Shown: positions 49,601 to 60,709 of the stretch, piece after piece
How positions within the stretch are numbered: position 1 is the stretch's first letter
How the letters are laid out: every line of letters starts with the position of its first letter
Source: Squalus acanthias
Taxonomy: Eukaryota
Direction of reading: 5' to 3'
NCBI GenBank assembly: GCA_030390025.1
Contig: CM059431.1
Coordinates: 130,822,001 to 130,886,000, forward strand
DNA length: 64,000 nucleotides
Made by a program: the position numbers and the translations under genes
The notes under the pieces: model-generated
What the model was told of the DNA's origin: nothing
Database searches by the model: none
What the model saw: only the letters and a program-made list of their open reading frames with translations

Positions 49601-49940
49601 GATCACACCCTCAGTCTTCCTCCCTCCCCCCGATCACACCCTCAGTCTTCCCCCCCGATCACACCCTCAGTCTTCCTCCCTCCCCCCGATCACACCCTCA
49701 GTCTTCCTCCCCCCCGATCACACCCTCAGTCTTCCTCCCTCCCCCCGATCACACCCTCAGTCTTCCTCCCCCCCATTTCACCCTCAGTCTTCCTCCCCCC
49801 CGATCTCACCCTCAGTCTTCCTCCCTCCCCCCGATCTCACCCTCAGTCTTCCTCCTCCCCGATCACACCCTCAGTCTTCCCCCCCGATCACACCCTCAGT
49901 CCCCCTCCCCCCTCCCCACAATTGCACCCTCAGCCTTCCT
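46648..49940. repeat. C-rich minisatellite: near-invariant GATCACACCCTCAGTCTT core plus variable C/CCCT linker
   Basis: Roughly 110-120 units of about 23-33 bp (estimated from length), with degenerate units at both edges. Confidence 0.97.
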
Positions 49941-52034
49941 CTACGTCTCTAGCCTTGCCAGGTTGTTTGCCTGCTACCAGGCTTCCCCATAACCTTCTCG
50001 CCTCCCCGTTAATATCAGTGACATGGGCCTGGTCTTTCCCATTGCTAACCCGCTTGGAGCAGGTGGCGCCCAGTAGACCAGGCTGGCCTCCAGTCGGTCG
50101 GGGAATGCTAGCTGACCAGGGCGCTGCAGCAAGAGGTAGGTGCTGGGTCCAAGTGGGGGGTGGGTTCCAAACCCAGGGGGGAGTCGTGATCCCCGACGGG
50201 GGGGGAGGTCCAATCTCTGACCGCGGGGCTGAGTTGCGTACCCGGGGGTGGGGCGTCCGATTCCTGACCCCGAGACGGGGCGGGCTGCTGGTGGGTGAAC
50301 TTGGGGAGCTGGGAGGAAGCACACCTGCTCTTCCCAGCCCACAAGAATTGCTCCCCAAGGCTGTGATCGCCTCGAAGCAGCTACCGGGAATCCCGAGCCC
50401 CGGCCGCCTGCAGTTAAACCCACACAGCAGGTTGAAGCAAAGGCTTCAGGCCTCATTATAATATTTAAAATGTCAACCTGCCTCCTGGCAGTGGGTTGGC
50501 TGCCCGCCCCCCGTCCTGCCTGTGAAAAAGGTGAAAGTGGGTGGGTTGGGGTCGGGATTCCGATTTTTAAAACTATAACTTCCCCCCACCCCCCACCTCC
50601 AACCTCATGTGAAAATTCCCCCCATGATTATCTGAAAGAGGATAAAACTTCAAACCTTAACACATTATTCTGTTACAGGATAGTACCATCATTGTATTGC
50701 CTCCTGTCCCCATAGAATGACTTATGTCTTCAACACAAGCTATTTTTTTTTTTACTGAAGCCATTGAGGTATCCAATTAAGGGCTTAATTCAATATGATC
50801 TCAATAAAAAGATTCGGCATGAATCTTGCATGTTAGTGTGATGGACATTATTGGCAGTGCATAAACACAAACTCTTAATAATGATAAATGAATGTAGGAC
50901 TTCATACTTACCCATCTGAAGTTTATATTCTTCATGCGTACATTCTAGTGATGCAGAGGAAAACATCCAAGTATCAAAGATAAAAAGGAAGCTGCTGTCT
51001 TATCTGTGCGGTTTTCAAATCTGAAGCATTTTAGCAGAGCGAATAGTCACTGCAGGAAGTATCTATGAAAATAACCTCAGCTGTTAAATCCTCAAAAACA
51101 ATTTTTTATCGGATCCAACCAAATAAATTGAGGGGCACGTCCTGTGTAGCGTATTTACCAGTTATATAATCTCCATTTTTATCTCATTCAAGAAGCTGCT
51201 ACTTTTGCATAAACATGTGACTCTTTTATGCATTATTTTGAAATGGTGAGGAAAGATAACTGAGACATTAATTGTGCTTTATTACTTTTGTGTTAAACAA
51301 GAGCACTCAAAAAATAGCAAGATCAGCTTAATATCGAACATCTCACTGCCAACTCAAAAAGCGGGCAAACTTAACGCAGTTTTATGTTGTAATCTTTTCA
51401 GACATCTCTACTTTTCCATTGCATTAACACAGTCATGTTCTCCAGTGCCAAATAGCTGGTGACAGTGGGCAGATGAGCAGGAGTTTCTTTGAGCACTAGT
51501 CATCAGGACTAGTTGACAAAAATGATTTTCCCAACATTTTCTTACCTCTGAAACTCACCAGTGTACCATTGTTACCAGTGTCTAAAGATGAACAAGTTTC
51601 AAACATGTATCCCCAAGGCAACCTCAGCTTCCGAAATTATATTGTATGAAGCAGGAAAAGGACATATAAGCGGTGCTAAGGGCATTATCTCTCATCTCTG
51701 GAAAGGTTATATAGATTTAGCTATTGAGTGCCTACAAATTGAGTGTTTTCAACAAGTGATAATGTGTCCTGCTATAAAACCATGTAACTGTATGTGATAC
51801 TTGTTCAAATGTAGTGGTGGACTGTTAGCTGAAGAGATTGAGTGTTTGATTCTATGCCAGAAAGCCAGAAATTCAAACTCAGGGGCTATCTGTCGCTTGA
51901 AATTGCTTTTGTCAGTTGTGGTTTTTATCTATTTGGAGACTGGTGCGCGACAAGGCAGTCTCTAGGAAGGGGAAAGGGACAAAAATTAACTCTGCCTCCT
52001 GTTAGCTGACCATCGAATGATAGTGACCATGGAG

Positions 52035-53810
52035 AATTACATAGAAATGCACAGAATATGCAGCACAGAAACAGGCCATTCGGCCCAACTAGTCTGTGTT
52101 GGTGTTTATACTCCACACGAATCTCCTCCTGTTCCATCTGCCTCATCTCAGCCTTTCAGCATATCTTTCTATACCCTTTTCTCTCATGTACTCATCTAGT
52201 TTCCTTTTGAAAGCAACTAAGCTATTTGCCTCAAGCACTTCCTGTGGTAGCGAGTTCCACGTTCTAACCACTCTCTGAGTAAAGAAACTTCTCCTTATTT
52301 CCCTATTGGATTTATTAGTAACTACCTTATATTTATGGCCCCTAGTTTTGGATTCTCCCACAAGTGGAAATATTGGCTGTGATTTTTCCTATCGATGCGG
52401 CTTGGGGGCGGGACAGCTGCCTTCCGGGTTCCAGTCCCGTCCCCAATGACATCAGACGCACAGACGCGATTTTGCGTCAATTGGCCTTGTTAAGCCTGCC
52501 CTGCGGGCTTGCCAGCCAATTAAGAGGAAGCCGGTGTCAGTTGATGACGTATCATCTGCCGGTTTTCTTAAAGGGGCCACGCACAATTTTTTTTGACAGC
52601 TGATTTTTCAGTGTTTGACAGCATTGAGGTGCTGCAAACACTGACAATCACTATACAAAGGTGAGCCCTTGCACCCAAGCTCTCCAGTGATTCCCTCCTT
52701 AGGCTAGAACAGATGACAGCTACAGGTGAGGTTACAGAAGCGATCTGTCACTGGTGAGAGAGGTTCTCCCAAAGAGGTGGGACTACACACACAATCCAAA
52801 ACTTGTCACCTACAGAAAAGTGTAAATGCATTAAAAATGATTTTCCCAACATTTTCTTACCTCTGAAACTCACCAGTGTACCATTGGATCCTTCACACCA
52901 CTTCTGCAGCTGTCATCAATGAAGAAACAGTACAGTAGACCCACAGCACTTACCTGGCGTGGTGTCTGAAAGTCGGGAAGCCCACAGTAGATCTGTCAAA
53001 ATTGCATAAAGCCTCTTAACTGCCTGTTAACAAGCAGTTAAGTGCCTATAATCATCTTCCCGCCGCTAGGTGTCGGTTCCATGCGCAAATCGGGGACCCG
53101 ACACCTGGGAAGATTGTTTGGCGGCTTGACAGCGGGTTTCCGACCCGCTGTCAATCTTTGCGATTTTGCCTTTAGAAATTAAAGATGCAGTTGGCTCCAG
53201 ATAAACATGTACCTATCCAACCATAGCATTACAAACCCGCCCCCACTGAGCGCCGGCAAAATTCCAGCCATTCTCTCCACACCTATCCTGTCCAACCCAT
53301 TCATAATTTTAAAGACCTCTATCAGGTCACTTCTAAGTCTTCCCTTTTTTAATGCCCAACCTGTTTAATCTTTCCCGATTGCTGTAATCTCTCAGTTCTG
53401 GTATCATCCTTGTAAATCATTTTTGCACTTACTCCAGTGCTTCTATATCCTTTTTTATAGTATGGAAACCAGAACCGGGCACAGTACTCTAAGTGCAACC
53501 TGACCAGGGTCCTACACAAGTTTAACATAACTTCACTATAAATCCCAGTGTTTTGCTAGCATTTTTGATAGTTTTTCTGACCTGCGATGCTGCTTTTAAT
53601 GTTTTGTTCCCCTGTATCCCACGATCCCTTTGCTCTTCTATCCCATTCAGTTTCTTATTTTCTAAGGTGTAGGTGATGTTTCTATTTTTCCTACCAAAGT
53701 GCATTACCTCACATTTATCTATGTTAAAGTTCATTTGTCACTTTAAACTGCCAACTGCCCAGTCTGCAAGTTTTCTAATGTCTTCTTTTATTATATTGCA
53801 TTCTTCCTCG
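52035..53810 (-). mobile_element. CR1 LINE 3' fragment, interrupted by a MITE
   Basis: FNIDKCEVMHFG and TRGHKYK..FFTQRVVRTWNSLP motifs, plus a 3' tail. Confidence 0.85.
52375..53269. mobile_element. Harbinger-type MITE family D, inverted copy
   Basis: GGCTGTGATTTT/AAAATTCCAGCC termini with TSD ATT. Reverse-complement homology to 27742-28601. Confidence 0.85.
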
Positions 53811-54517
53811 GAAGTGTGAATCTGTGTCACCCTGGTGTTTCCTTAGTGAAGAATATAAATTTAACCATGGAAGGGGTAGGAAGGGGAGTGGAACAAGATG
53901 AAAGACCAGATTTTGTTTAAAAAGTATATAAAAATGAACTTGCCTTTAGAAATTAAAGATGCAGTTGGCTCCAGATAAACATGTACCTATCCAACCATAG
54001 CATTACAAAGCGCAAAACCACTTCCCATTTATAGCAACGGTATCAAATTTCAGATCCAAGACCTCATGGCAAATCCTAACCCAAGCTTAGAATGCCCAGA
54101 ATTTTCCCATTTTAAGTATCCAAAGCACATTTTATATAGACAATCAGTGTCAATGTTATATACAAACAAAGGAACATTTAACAAATCAAATTCCTTTGTG
54201 TAAAATATTGCTTTAACAGTGTTTTAAAATATTGGATTGAATTGCTGTGTGCATGATGAAGTGGATGAGAATTTCAGTTATCTATTTGTGTCTGCAATCT
54301 CTAGAAATTCTCATCCCATTGTAAAATTTCTTGGCAAACCAGTGTGTTTTTCAGAATTCTTAGCTGCACTGTTATTTATGAATATTTTAACATGTTATCT
54401 ACATAATAAATTCAATGAAAAAGACTGCTAAAAATTTGTGTACTTTCAGAATGCAAGAAACGTAATCTCTGTATTTATTTTATTGTAGATGAATGTACTT
54501 ACTCCAAGCAAAATGAT

Positions 54518-55251
54518 GGGCCAGAATTTACGGTGTCTTCGACGGCGTAATCCTTCTGAAAGGCCCCACAACTTCCGGGATTCTGCATGCGCTGTGCATG
54601 CGCGAAAACCCAGAACTTGCGATCTGTCAAGGCACGCCTCGACAGATCTACCGAACCGAAACTAAATTCAGTTTCACTGGCGTAGAGGTCAACTGCCCAG
54701 CAATTGCCCACAAAACTTTTACGGCTGGTAAAAACAGGCTTGGGCCTGCTTTCATCAGCGTAAGGGTTATTATAAATTTTGAATGAAATATTAAAAAATA
54801 AAAAATGATGCACAAACACTTATAATTAGTTTATTCATATATTGGCTTGGATTAAAATGTTTAAAATTATTTTCAAAAAATTTAATTTTTATTGTATTTG
54901 GTGTAATGAAGGGACTTTTAATTAAATTTGAAAATCAGAACTTTTATATTTATTAGAATTGTGTAAATTGTTTAATTATTTGGGGATTCCATTGCATGTC
55001 ATTAGGGGATTCCGTTCGGAAATGACTGCAATGGAATCCTCCTTTGTGATTGGAGGACCTGGTCCACATGATCCTAGGGATGCTTCCGAACCGCCTGTGT
55101 CCCTGGGATCAGTGGGCCTTTATGCAAGCGTACGCCTGGAGGCCTGAGACCCAAACTCTCCGAAGCTTGGGAGCCTGGAGGTAAGTTCGGAAATGTTTCG
55201 CGGGTCAGAGGCGTACTCCAGAGGTATGCCTCCAACCGCAAATTCAGGGCC
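54518..55251. mobile_element. Harbinger-type MITE family B
   Basis: TIR GGGCCAGAATTT/AAATTCAGGGCC with TSD GAT. Confidence 0.82.
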
Positions 55252-56154
55252 GATATAAATAGTTACAGAAGCAAAGCCTCCCACAGCAGAGACCTTGTCA
55301 GTGGGAGTAAGCTATCTAAGATGCAGCACACATCATCAAATATAAAATATTTAACATCAAGCCCAATTAAAATCTGAAATCAATTAGAAGATGAGACGTA
55401 TGCACAACAGATGTAAGTTCACACTTCAGGAATCATTGATTTTTACAAAATTAAGCAGACAGTGTCATTATATTAGTGCCTTTTCAGGCACTCAGTTCTT
55501 GAAACAGCGACAATTAACCTTCTTTGAAAAACTGCATTACCGACTGATCAGGTTGGAAGCAGCAGCAAGTCTGTGTTGCAGCATCTGCTGTGCTTGCTAC
55601 AGTGTAGGGTTTTTCAATTAATATTTTATATATTTTTGTAAAATAAAAATAAATTTGAAGCAGCGGTCACTGATTATGCATGTCTGTACATTAAATATGT
55701 CTATTAAGACCCTATACTGCTGCAATATCTTCTCAAAAGAGTTATGTGTGGTTACCATGGGACCGGTCCCTGAAGGATGGAATTTCACTGATTCTGATTG
55801 TTTAATCTTAGCAGAATATATTTTCAGACGTTAATGTGCCTTTGGAGATAAAGTTATTTGAGTAGCCTGTAAAAAAGTACTGCTGCCCTTCTCTTTATCT
55901 ATTTCTAATCATTTAGCCCCATACGTCTTTTGTTGCTAAATGATTTATTCAAATAATATGGTCAGATTAGTTAGTGAACAGGCAATAATTCTTGTTCTAA
56001 GAACTTAATTTACAGTTTAGAAGCAGTACCTCACATAGGCACCCATGTGGCAAACTGACAATGATGTGGGAATGTGCAACTCTGTCCTGGAAATCAGAGT
56101 CCTGAACAAATAAGTATTAACTTGTGGGGAGCAGAGATGCAACTACTCCCCCAA

Positions 56155-57330
56155 TGTTAAAGGAACCATTCAACCATATGCCATTTGGCCCATCGTCTCT
56201 GTGCCAGCTTTTTGCTTGTGCAATCCAAAATGAATCCTACCCTCTTGCTCTCTCCTCATAGCCATGAATCTTCCTCTGCTTCACATATTTATTCAGTTTT
56301 CCCTTTTCTGCCTCAACCACTCCCTAAAGCAAAGAATTCCATGCTCCAAGGGCAACACGGTGGCATAGTGGTTAGCACTGGTGCCTCACAGCGCCAGGGA
56401 CCCGGGTTCGAATCTAGCCTCGGGTGACTGTCTGTGTGGAGTTTGCACATTCTCCCCGTGTCTGCGTGGGTTTGCTCTGGTTTCCTCCCACAGTCCAAAA
56501 ATGTGCGGGTTAGGTTGATTTGGCTATGATAAATTGACCCTTAGTGTTAGGGGGGGATTAAATATGTGGGGTTACGGGGATAGGATGGGTTATGTTAGGG
56601 GGAATTAAATACGTGGGGTTACGGGGATAGGGTGGGATATGTGTCGGTGCAGGCTCGATGGGGATTCTGTGTGAGGAAGCAGGGACAGGGTACTGGATTT
56701 GGATGATCAGCCATGATCGTATTGAATGGTGGAGCAGGCTCGATGGGCCGAATGGCCTACTCCTGCTCCTAGTTTCTATGTTAAGAATCCACTGTGTAAA
56801 GAAATGTTTCCTAACCTCTTTCCTCACCTTCTTATTGACAATTATAAATTGATGACCATTTATTACTGATACTCCAACCAGAGGAAATAGTCTTTCCCTA
56901 TTTACTCTATCAAAACCCTTTATAATTTTAAAAAGCTTAATTAATTATCGTCGTAGCCATCTCTGCTCTCGTGAAAATAGTCCTAGTATCTGAAGTCTCT
57001 CCTCATAACTATAATTTTCCATCCCTGGTATCATCCTGGGGAATCTATTCTATATACTCTGAAGGGCTTTAATGCCTTTTATATGAAGGTATGCCCAAAA
57101 CGGCACACTGTGGTCCAACTAATATTTTGTCCAATTGTATCTTTTTTTTTACTATTGTACTCTATGCCCCTATTTCTAAAAAACAAAAATCTGTTGGTCT
57201 TTTTAATAGTTTCAATCACCTGCCACTTTCAGGGAATTTTATACTTGAACCTCTAGGATCTTTGTTCATCCACACCCTTCAGCATCTTTACATTGAAGGT
57301 ATATTCCTTGTAACATTTCAAGAGTTTTTG
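56155..57330 (-). mobile_element. Old CR1 3' fragment, interrupted by a SINE
   Basis: RKEVRKHFFTQW and a LFPL..RGH-like segment. Decayed. Confidence 0.65.
56350..56782 (+). mobile_element. HE1-type tRNA-derived V-SINE with CR1-derived tail
   Basis: A box TGGCATAGTGG, B box GGTTCGAATC, V-domain TGTGTGGAGTTTGCACATTCTCCCCGTGTCTGCGTGGGTTT and tail GGGCCGAATGGCCTACTCCTGCTCCT. Confidence 0.9.
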
Positions 57331-57339
57331 ATCATTTTT

Positions 57340-57790
57340 AGGAACATAGGAACAGGGGTAGGCCATTCGGCCCCTCGATCCTGCTCCGCCATTCAATGAT
57401 TTCATGGCTGATCTGCGACCTAACTCCATATACCCGCCTTTGGCCCAGATCCCTTAATACCTTTGGTTAACAAAAAGCTATCAATCCCCAACTTAAAATT
57501 AATAATTGATCTGGCATCAATTGTCGTTTGCGGAAGAGAGTTCCAAACTTCTACCACCCTTTGTGTTTAGAAGTCTTTCCTAATTTCACTCCTGAAAGGT
57601 CTGGCTCTAATTTTTAGACTATGCCCCCTAGTCCTAGAATCCCCAACCAGCGGAAATAGTTTCTCTCTATCTACCCTATCTGTTCCCTTGATATCTTGAA
57701 AACTTTGATCAAATCACCCCTTAACCTTCTAAATTCCAGGGAATACAACCCTAATTTGTGTAATCTCCCCTCGTAATTTGACCCTTGAAT
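57340..57790 (-). mobile_element. CR1 LINE 3' end
   Basis: The plus strand begins AGGAACATAGGAACAGGGGTAGGCCATTCGG (reverse complement of the tail), followed by ORF2 C-terminus. Confidence 0.85.
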
Positions 57791-58907
57791 TCCATAGAAA
57801 GGATTTAGAAATTAGTTACTTTTTAAAAAATTTTAAATAAAGTGTGTTTTCACAAGTTTAAAAAGGCACCTCGATGAAGGTGGTTAATATACTAAATGGA
57901 AGTTGTTTTCCCAAGAGTCTAAAGAATAAGCTATTCATTAGCTTGTCTAGGCAATCGAGAGACACCTCACACTCATTGTGTTGGAACGGCTTTTAATCTC
58001 TCTCTGTGAAGAGGGTGATAAAAAGAGAAATGTAGGGACACAGAAAAGACAGGTTTTTGAAACAAGTAGGTGAAACAGCAGATTTGTTAATGGAAAAGCT
58101 GTGAGAAATTTTACTGAGGCAAAGAGGTTAGAAATGTCTGAGTATAGATTGAAGACTTCTTGTCTAAATCAAGTAAGATGACTCGCAGATGGGGGGTAGC
58201 ATCATGTGTTCTTTTTTTTGTATCATTGGGGTCATTTTAACTTTTATCACCGGGGAAAAAATAGGCGAAAGCAAATTGGCCCCATATTTTAAACCGCCCG
58301 ATTCACTATAGACTGAAGATAAAAATTTGAATTACCTCCATTATGTGATTATAAGTTGTACTGATGAATGAAGTGAATATGATCATAACTGTTACTGTGT
58401 TCACTCACTGAAACAAAGCAGCTTCGTGATTCATATCAAGCCTTGTCTCACCAAACAATATATCAGTCAACTTTGAGAGAGATTGCAGAAGTACAATTAC
58501 AAAAGATACAAATGGCTAGTTCAGATCACAAGGGGGTATTGTTGTTACACCCCCCCTGGGTGGTACTATATGCAAGTAGATAAAGGGCAGTGTAAGTCAA
58601 CTCCCATAACAAGTAAGACACTCAGACCATTTACGAGAGTGACTGATACCAATGAACCAAAGAAGGTATCTATGATAGACTCTCATTCTGTAAGGGGGCG
58701 TGTCTCAGACGGTGCTGGTGCGAGGTTAGGCCTTCGTTGCCTAATACTATTGCTTGCTCTGGTCTCCGGCCAGCCTTTTTGCAAAAAGCACCTGTGAGTG
58801 GTTCGACCCACTCGCCCTTACGGTTCTAACACTGGACTTAGATGCAGGGAGCAGTAATGCAGGGAAAAACTCAAATAGACTCGGTTGAATAGTACGAAAT
58901 GGAAATC

Positions 58908-58913
58908 TTTATT
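58908..58913 (-). terminator. LTR polyadenylation signal AATAAA
   Basis: Conserved at the equivalent position in the solo LTR (30746-30751). Confidence 0.7.
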
Positions 58914-59669
58914 GCATGGCGTCTAAAATCATGAAATACATGTCATAGGCGCAAATCAAAGAGAGTACAAGTATACATACATTCATAAAGCTTGGTCTAT
59001 GGAAATGGAGAACACACGGCACATCGTAGAAAGGGAAACACATTATACCTTAACCTTATTAAAAACCACTCTCCCTTAACACTACCTACACTACGTCTAG
59101 ATTTGTAGGATCGGAAAACATGCTCACCACTCGTGTTACTTCGGAGATTTTAAAGTGGGGCACTCAGCTCGTTTCGCTGCAGCGCCTGACTGTCACGTGT
59201 TTGGAAGGGTCTCTGCACCCCACTTGTTTACTTTCGCTGCTGCAAAAAGCAGGCCAGACTCCTTGTTGTCATGAAGAACTCGACGGAACTCAGATAAAAT
59301 TCAAAGAAGAGTCTTCCTGTGTTCGACACAGGTTGTAGTCGGTAGAACTCAAAGAAGAGTCCTGTATTTATATTTTCGGGCGCGGTCGGGGTTTACTGAC
59401 CGTGGCGGCACGTGGAATTTCTTCTCGTCTTCTTCTCATCTTCTTCTCATCTCGTCTCCTCGGGCCTCTGGGTCCAGACACCGTTTACCGACACTCGGGA
59501 TGGTGTACCCTGTTACTTGCCCTTGTCGGGGCGGCTCGTACCGATTGAGCTCCACCCAACACTTGAATAACCGACCAGTACGGCTAAGAGTCAAGAGTCA
59601 ACAAAGTCCAGAGAGAAAATCGAGAGCCCACAAGTCAAGCGAGTTCATGAAGAGGCAAGCGAATAAGAG

Positions 59670-59700
59670 ACCGATGGACATTTGTTCTCTATAGTTATAG
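59670..59700 (-). promoter_or_regulatory. Putative LTR TATA box (CACTATAA) and initiator (GTCCAT)
   Basis: The same motifs and similar spacing are conserved in the solo LTR (TATAA at 31531-31535). Confidence 0.5.
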
Positions 59701-60315
59701 TGATGTGTCCGCTTATCTCCCACTCAAATCTTAATGTTTGTCCTTTGTGTAATATTTGGCGCTCAAAACTCCCAGCATGGGGCGATTATCTTTTTCAACG
59801 GGTTTCGGTAGCACCTGAAACTGGCCAACTATCCGTTAATGTTTTCCCCATTGTTGGACCAGCCAGGATATGTATGGATCGTCTCCCTGACTGGTTTTGG
59901 GGCCCCCCGAATACTTGCTTAATCACCCGTCAATGTCTCTCTCATTGTAGAGCCGGGGGGGTATTTGTGTATTGATGTGTCTGGATGGGCCTTCGATTGC
60001 CCAGTACAATGATCCTTACTGTGCATAGGAAAACGATTCCAGCACTTATATCTTTGCTATTGTTCCAAATGCAAACGGGTTGCATCCTGTCTTTATCAGT
60101 GTTTACCGAGTATGATCCAATCTTATACTGAATGTATATTCAACGCCATCTTGTCTGCCCACTGTGTTTCTGGAAGCTTCTGCCACGATGCGCGGCGGCC
60201 ATTTTACAGGCTTCTGTGTCCTTTATTATCAGGACAGCATTTCGTTTAATAAAACTGATCAATGAATCTGCTTCTCTTATGTTATTTTGAATCGCGATAA
60301 TTGCGAAACTTTACA

Positions 60316-60327
60316 GTCCCTCCTGTT
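60316..60327 (-). other. Polypurine tract AACAGGAGGGAC
   Basis: Lies immediately 5' of the 3' LTR TG on the minus strand and is absent beside the solo LTR. Confidence 0.8.
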
Positions 60328-60709
60328 GATGCGAATAACTCCGTTTATCGTATCAATTAAAATGCTGGTGAGCAAAATTATCCCGATTCTCCACATCCAA
60401 ACACTCCCGGTAATTAAAACTATCTATGGCCTCCATGCAGTCCTCATTTCCCAGAGAAATTACATTGTCTAACTTGGACAAATCGTAGGCAGTATTGCCT
60501 TTAAACTTACACTGCGTATACGCCTTCCAGGAGCAACAGGCCGATGCCTCCCGCACCACCTGTATATGCATGTTTTATTATAAAAGGAAAAATAATCAAA
60601 CCAACTATTTTAAAAATACAAAAGTTCCAAACTTAATCACAAATACTCATAACTAACAACAATTACAAAACACACACATGGTAAAATGGAGCGGCGTCAT
60701 CCTGGCCGT

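Larger units (their letters stand above)
41761..50622. mobile_element. Harbinger-type MITE hosting a CR1 insertion and a minisatellite
   Basis: GGGCCTGGAAATT.../...GAAAATTCCCCC termini flanked by CAT on both sides. The pairing of the two ends is inferred. Confidence 0.55.
58689..60315 (-). mobile_element. 3' LTR (1627 bp) of an env-bearing LTR provirus
   Basis: TGTAA...TTACA termini, homologous to solo LTR 30494-32135, and abutting the PPT. Confidence 0.92.

Noticed and set aside
46648..49940. CRISPR-like array (constant repeat plus variable spacer)
   Set aside because: The spacers are only C/T homopolymer variants, there are no cas genes, and the context is vertebrate.
46413..50461. 999-, 1309- and 794-aa Pro-rich ORFs
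   Set aside because: The repeat unit has essentially no stop codon on the plus strand, and variable linker lengths shuffle frames. These are minisatellite artefacts.
56350..56425. tRNA gene
   Set aside because: The A/B boxes continue into a V-domain and CR1 tail, so this is a SINE head.
30494..60315. The two long LTRs as ends of one 30-kb element
   Set aside because: The left LTR has its own TSD, the PPT and env lie to the right of the second LTR, and the two LTRs are too diverged.
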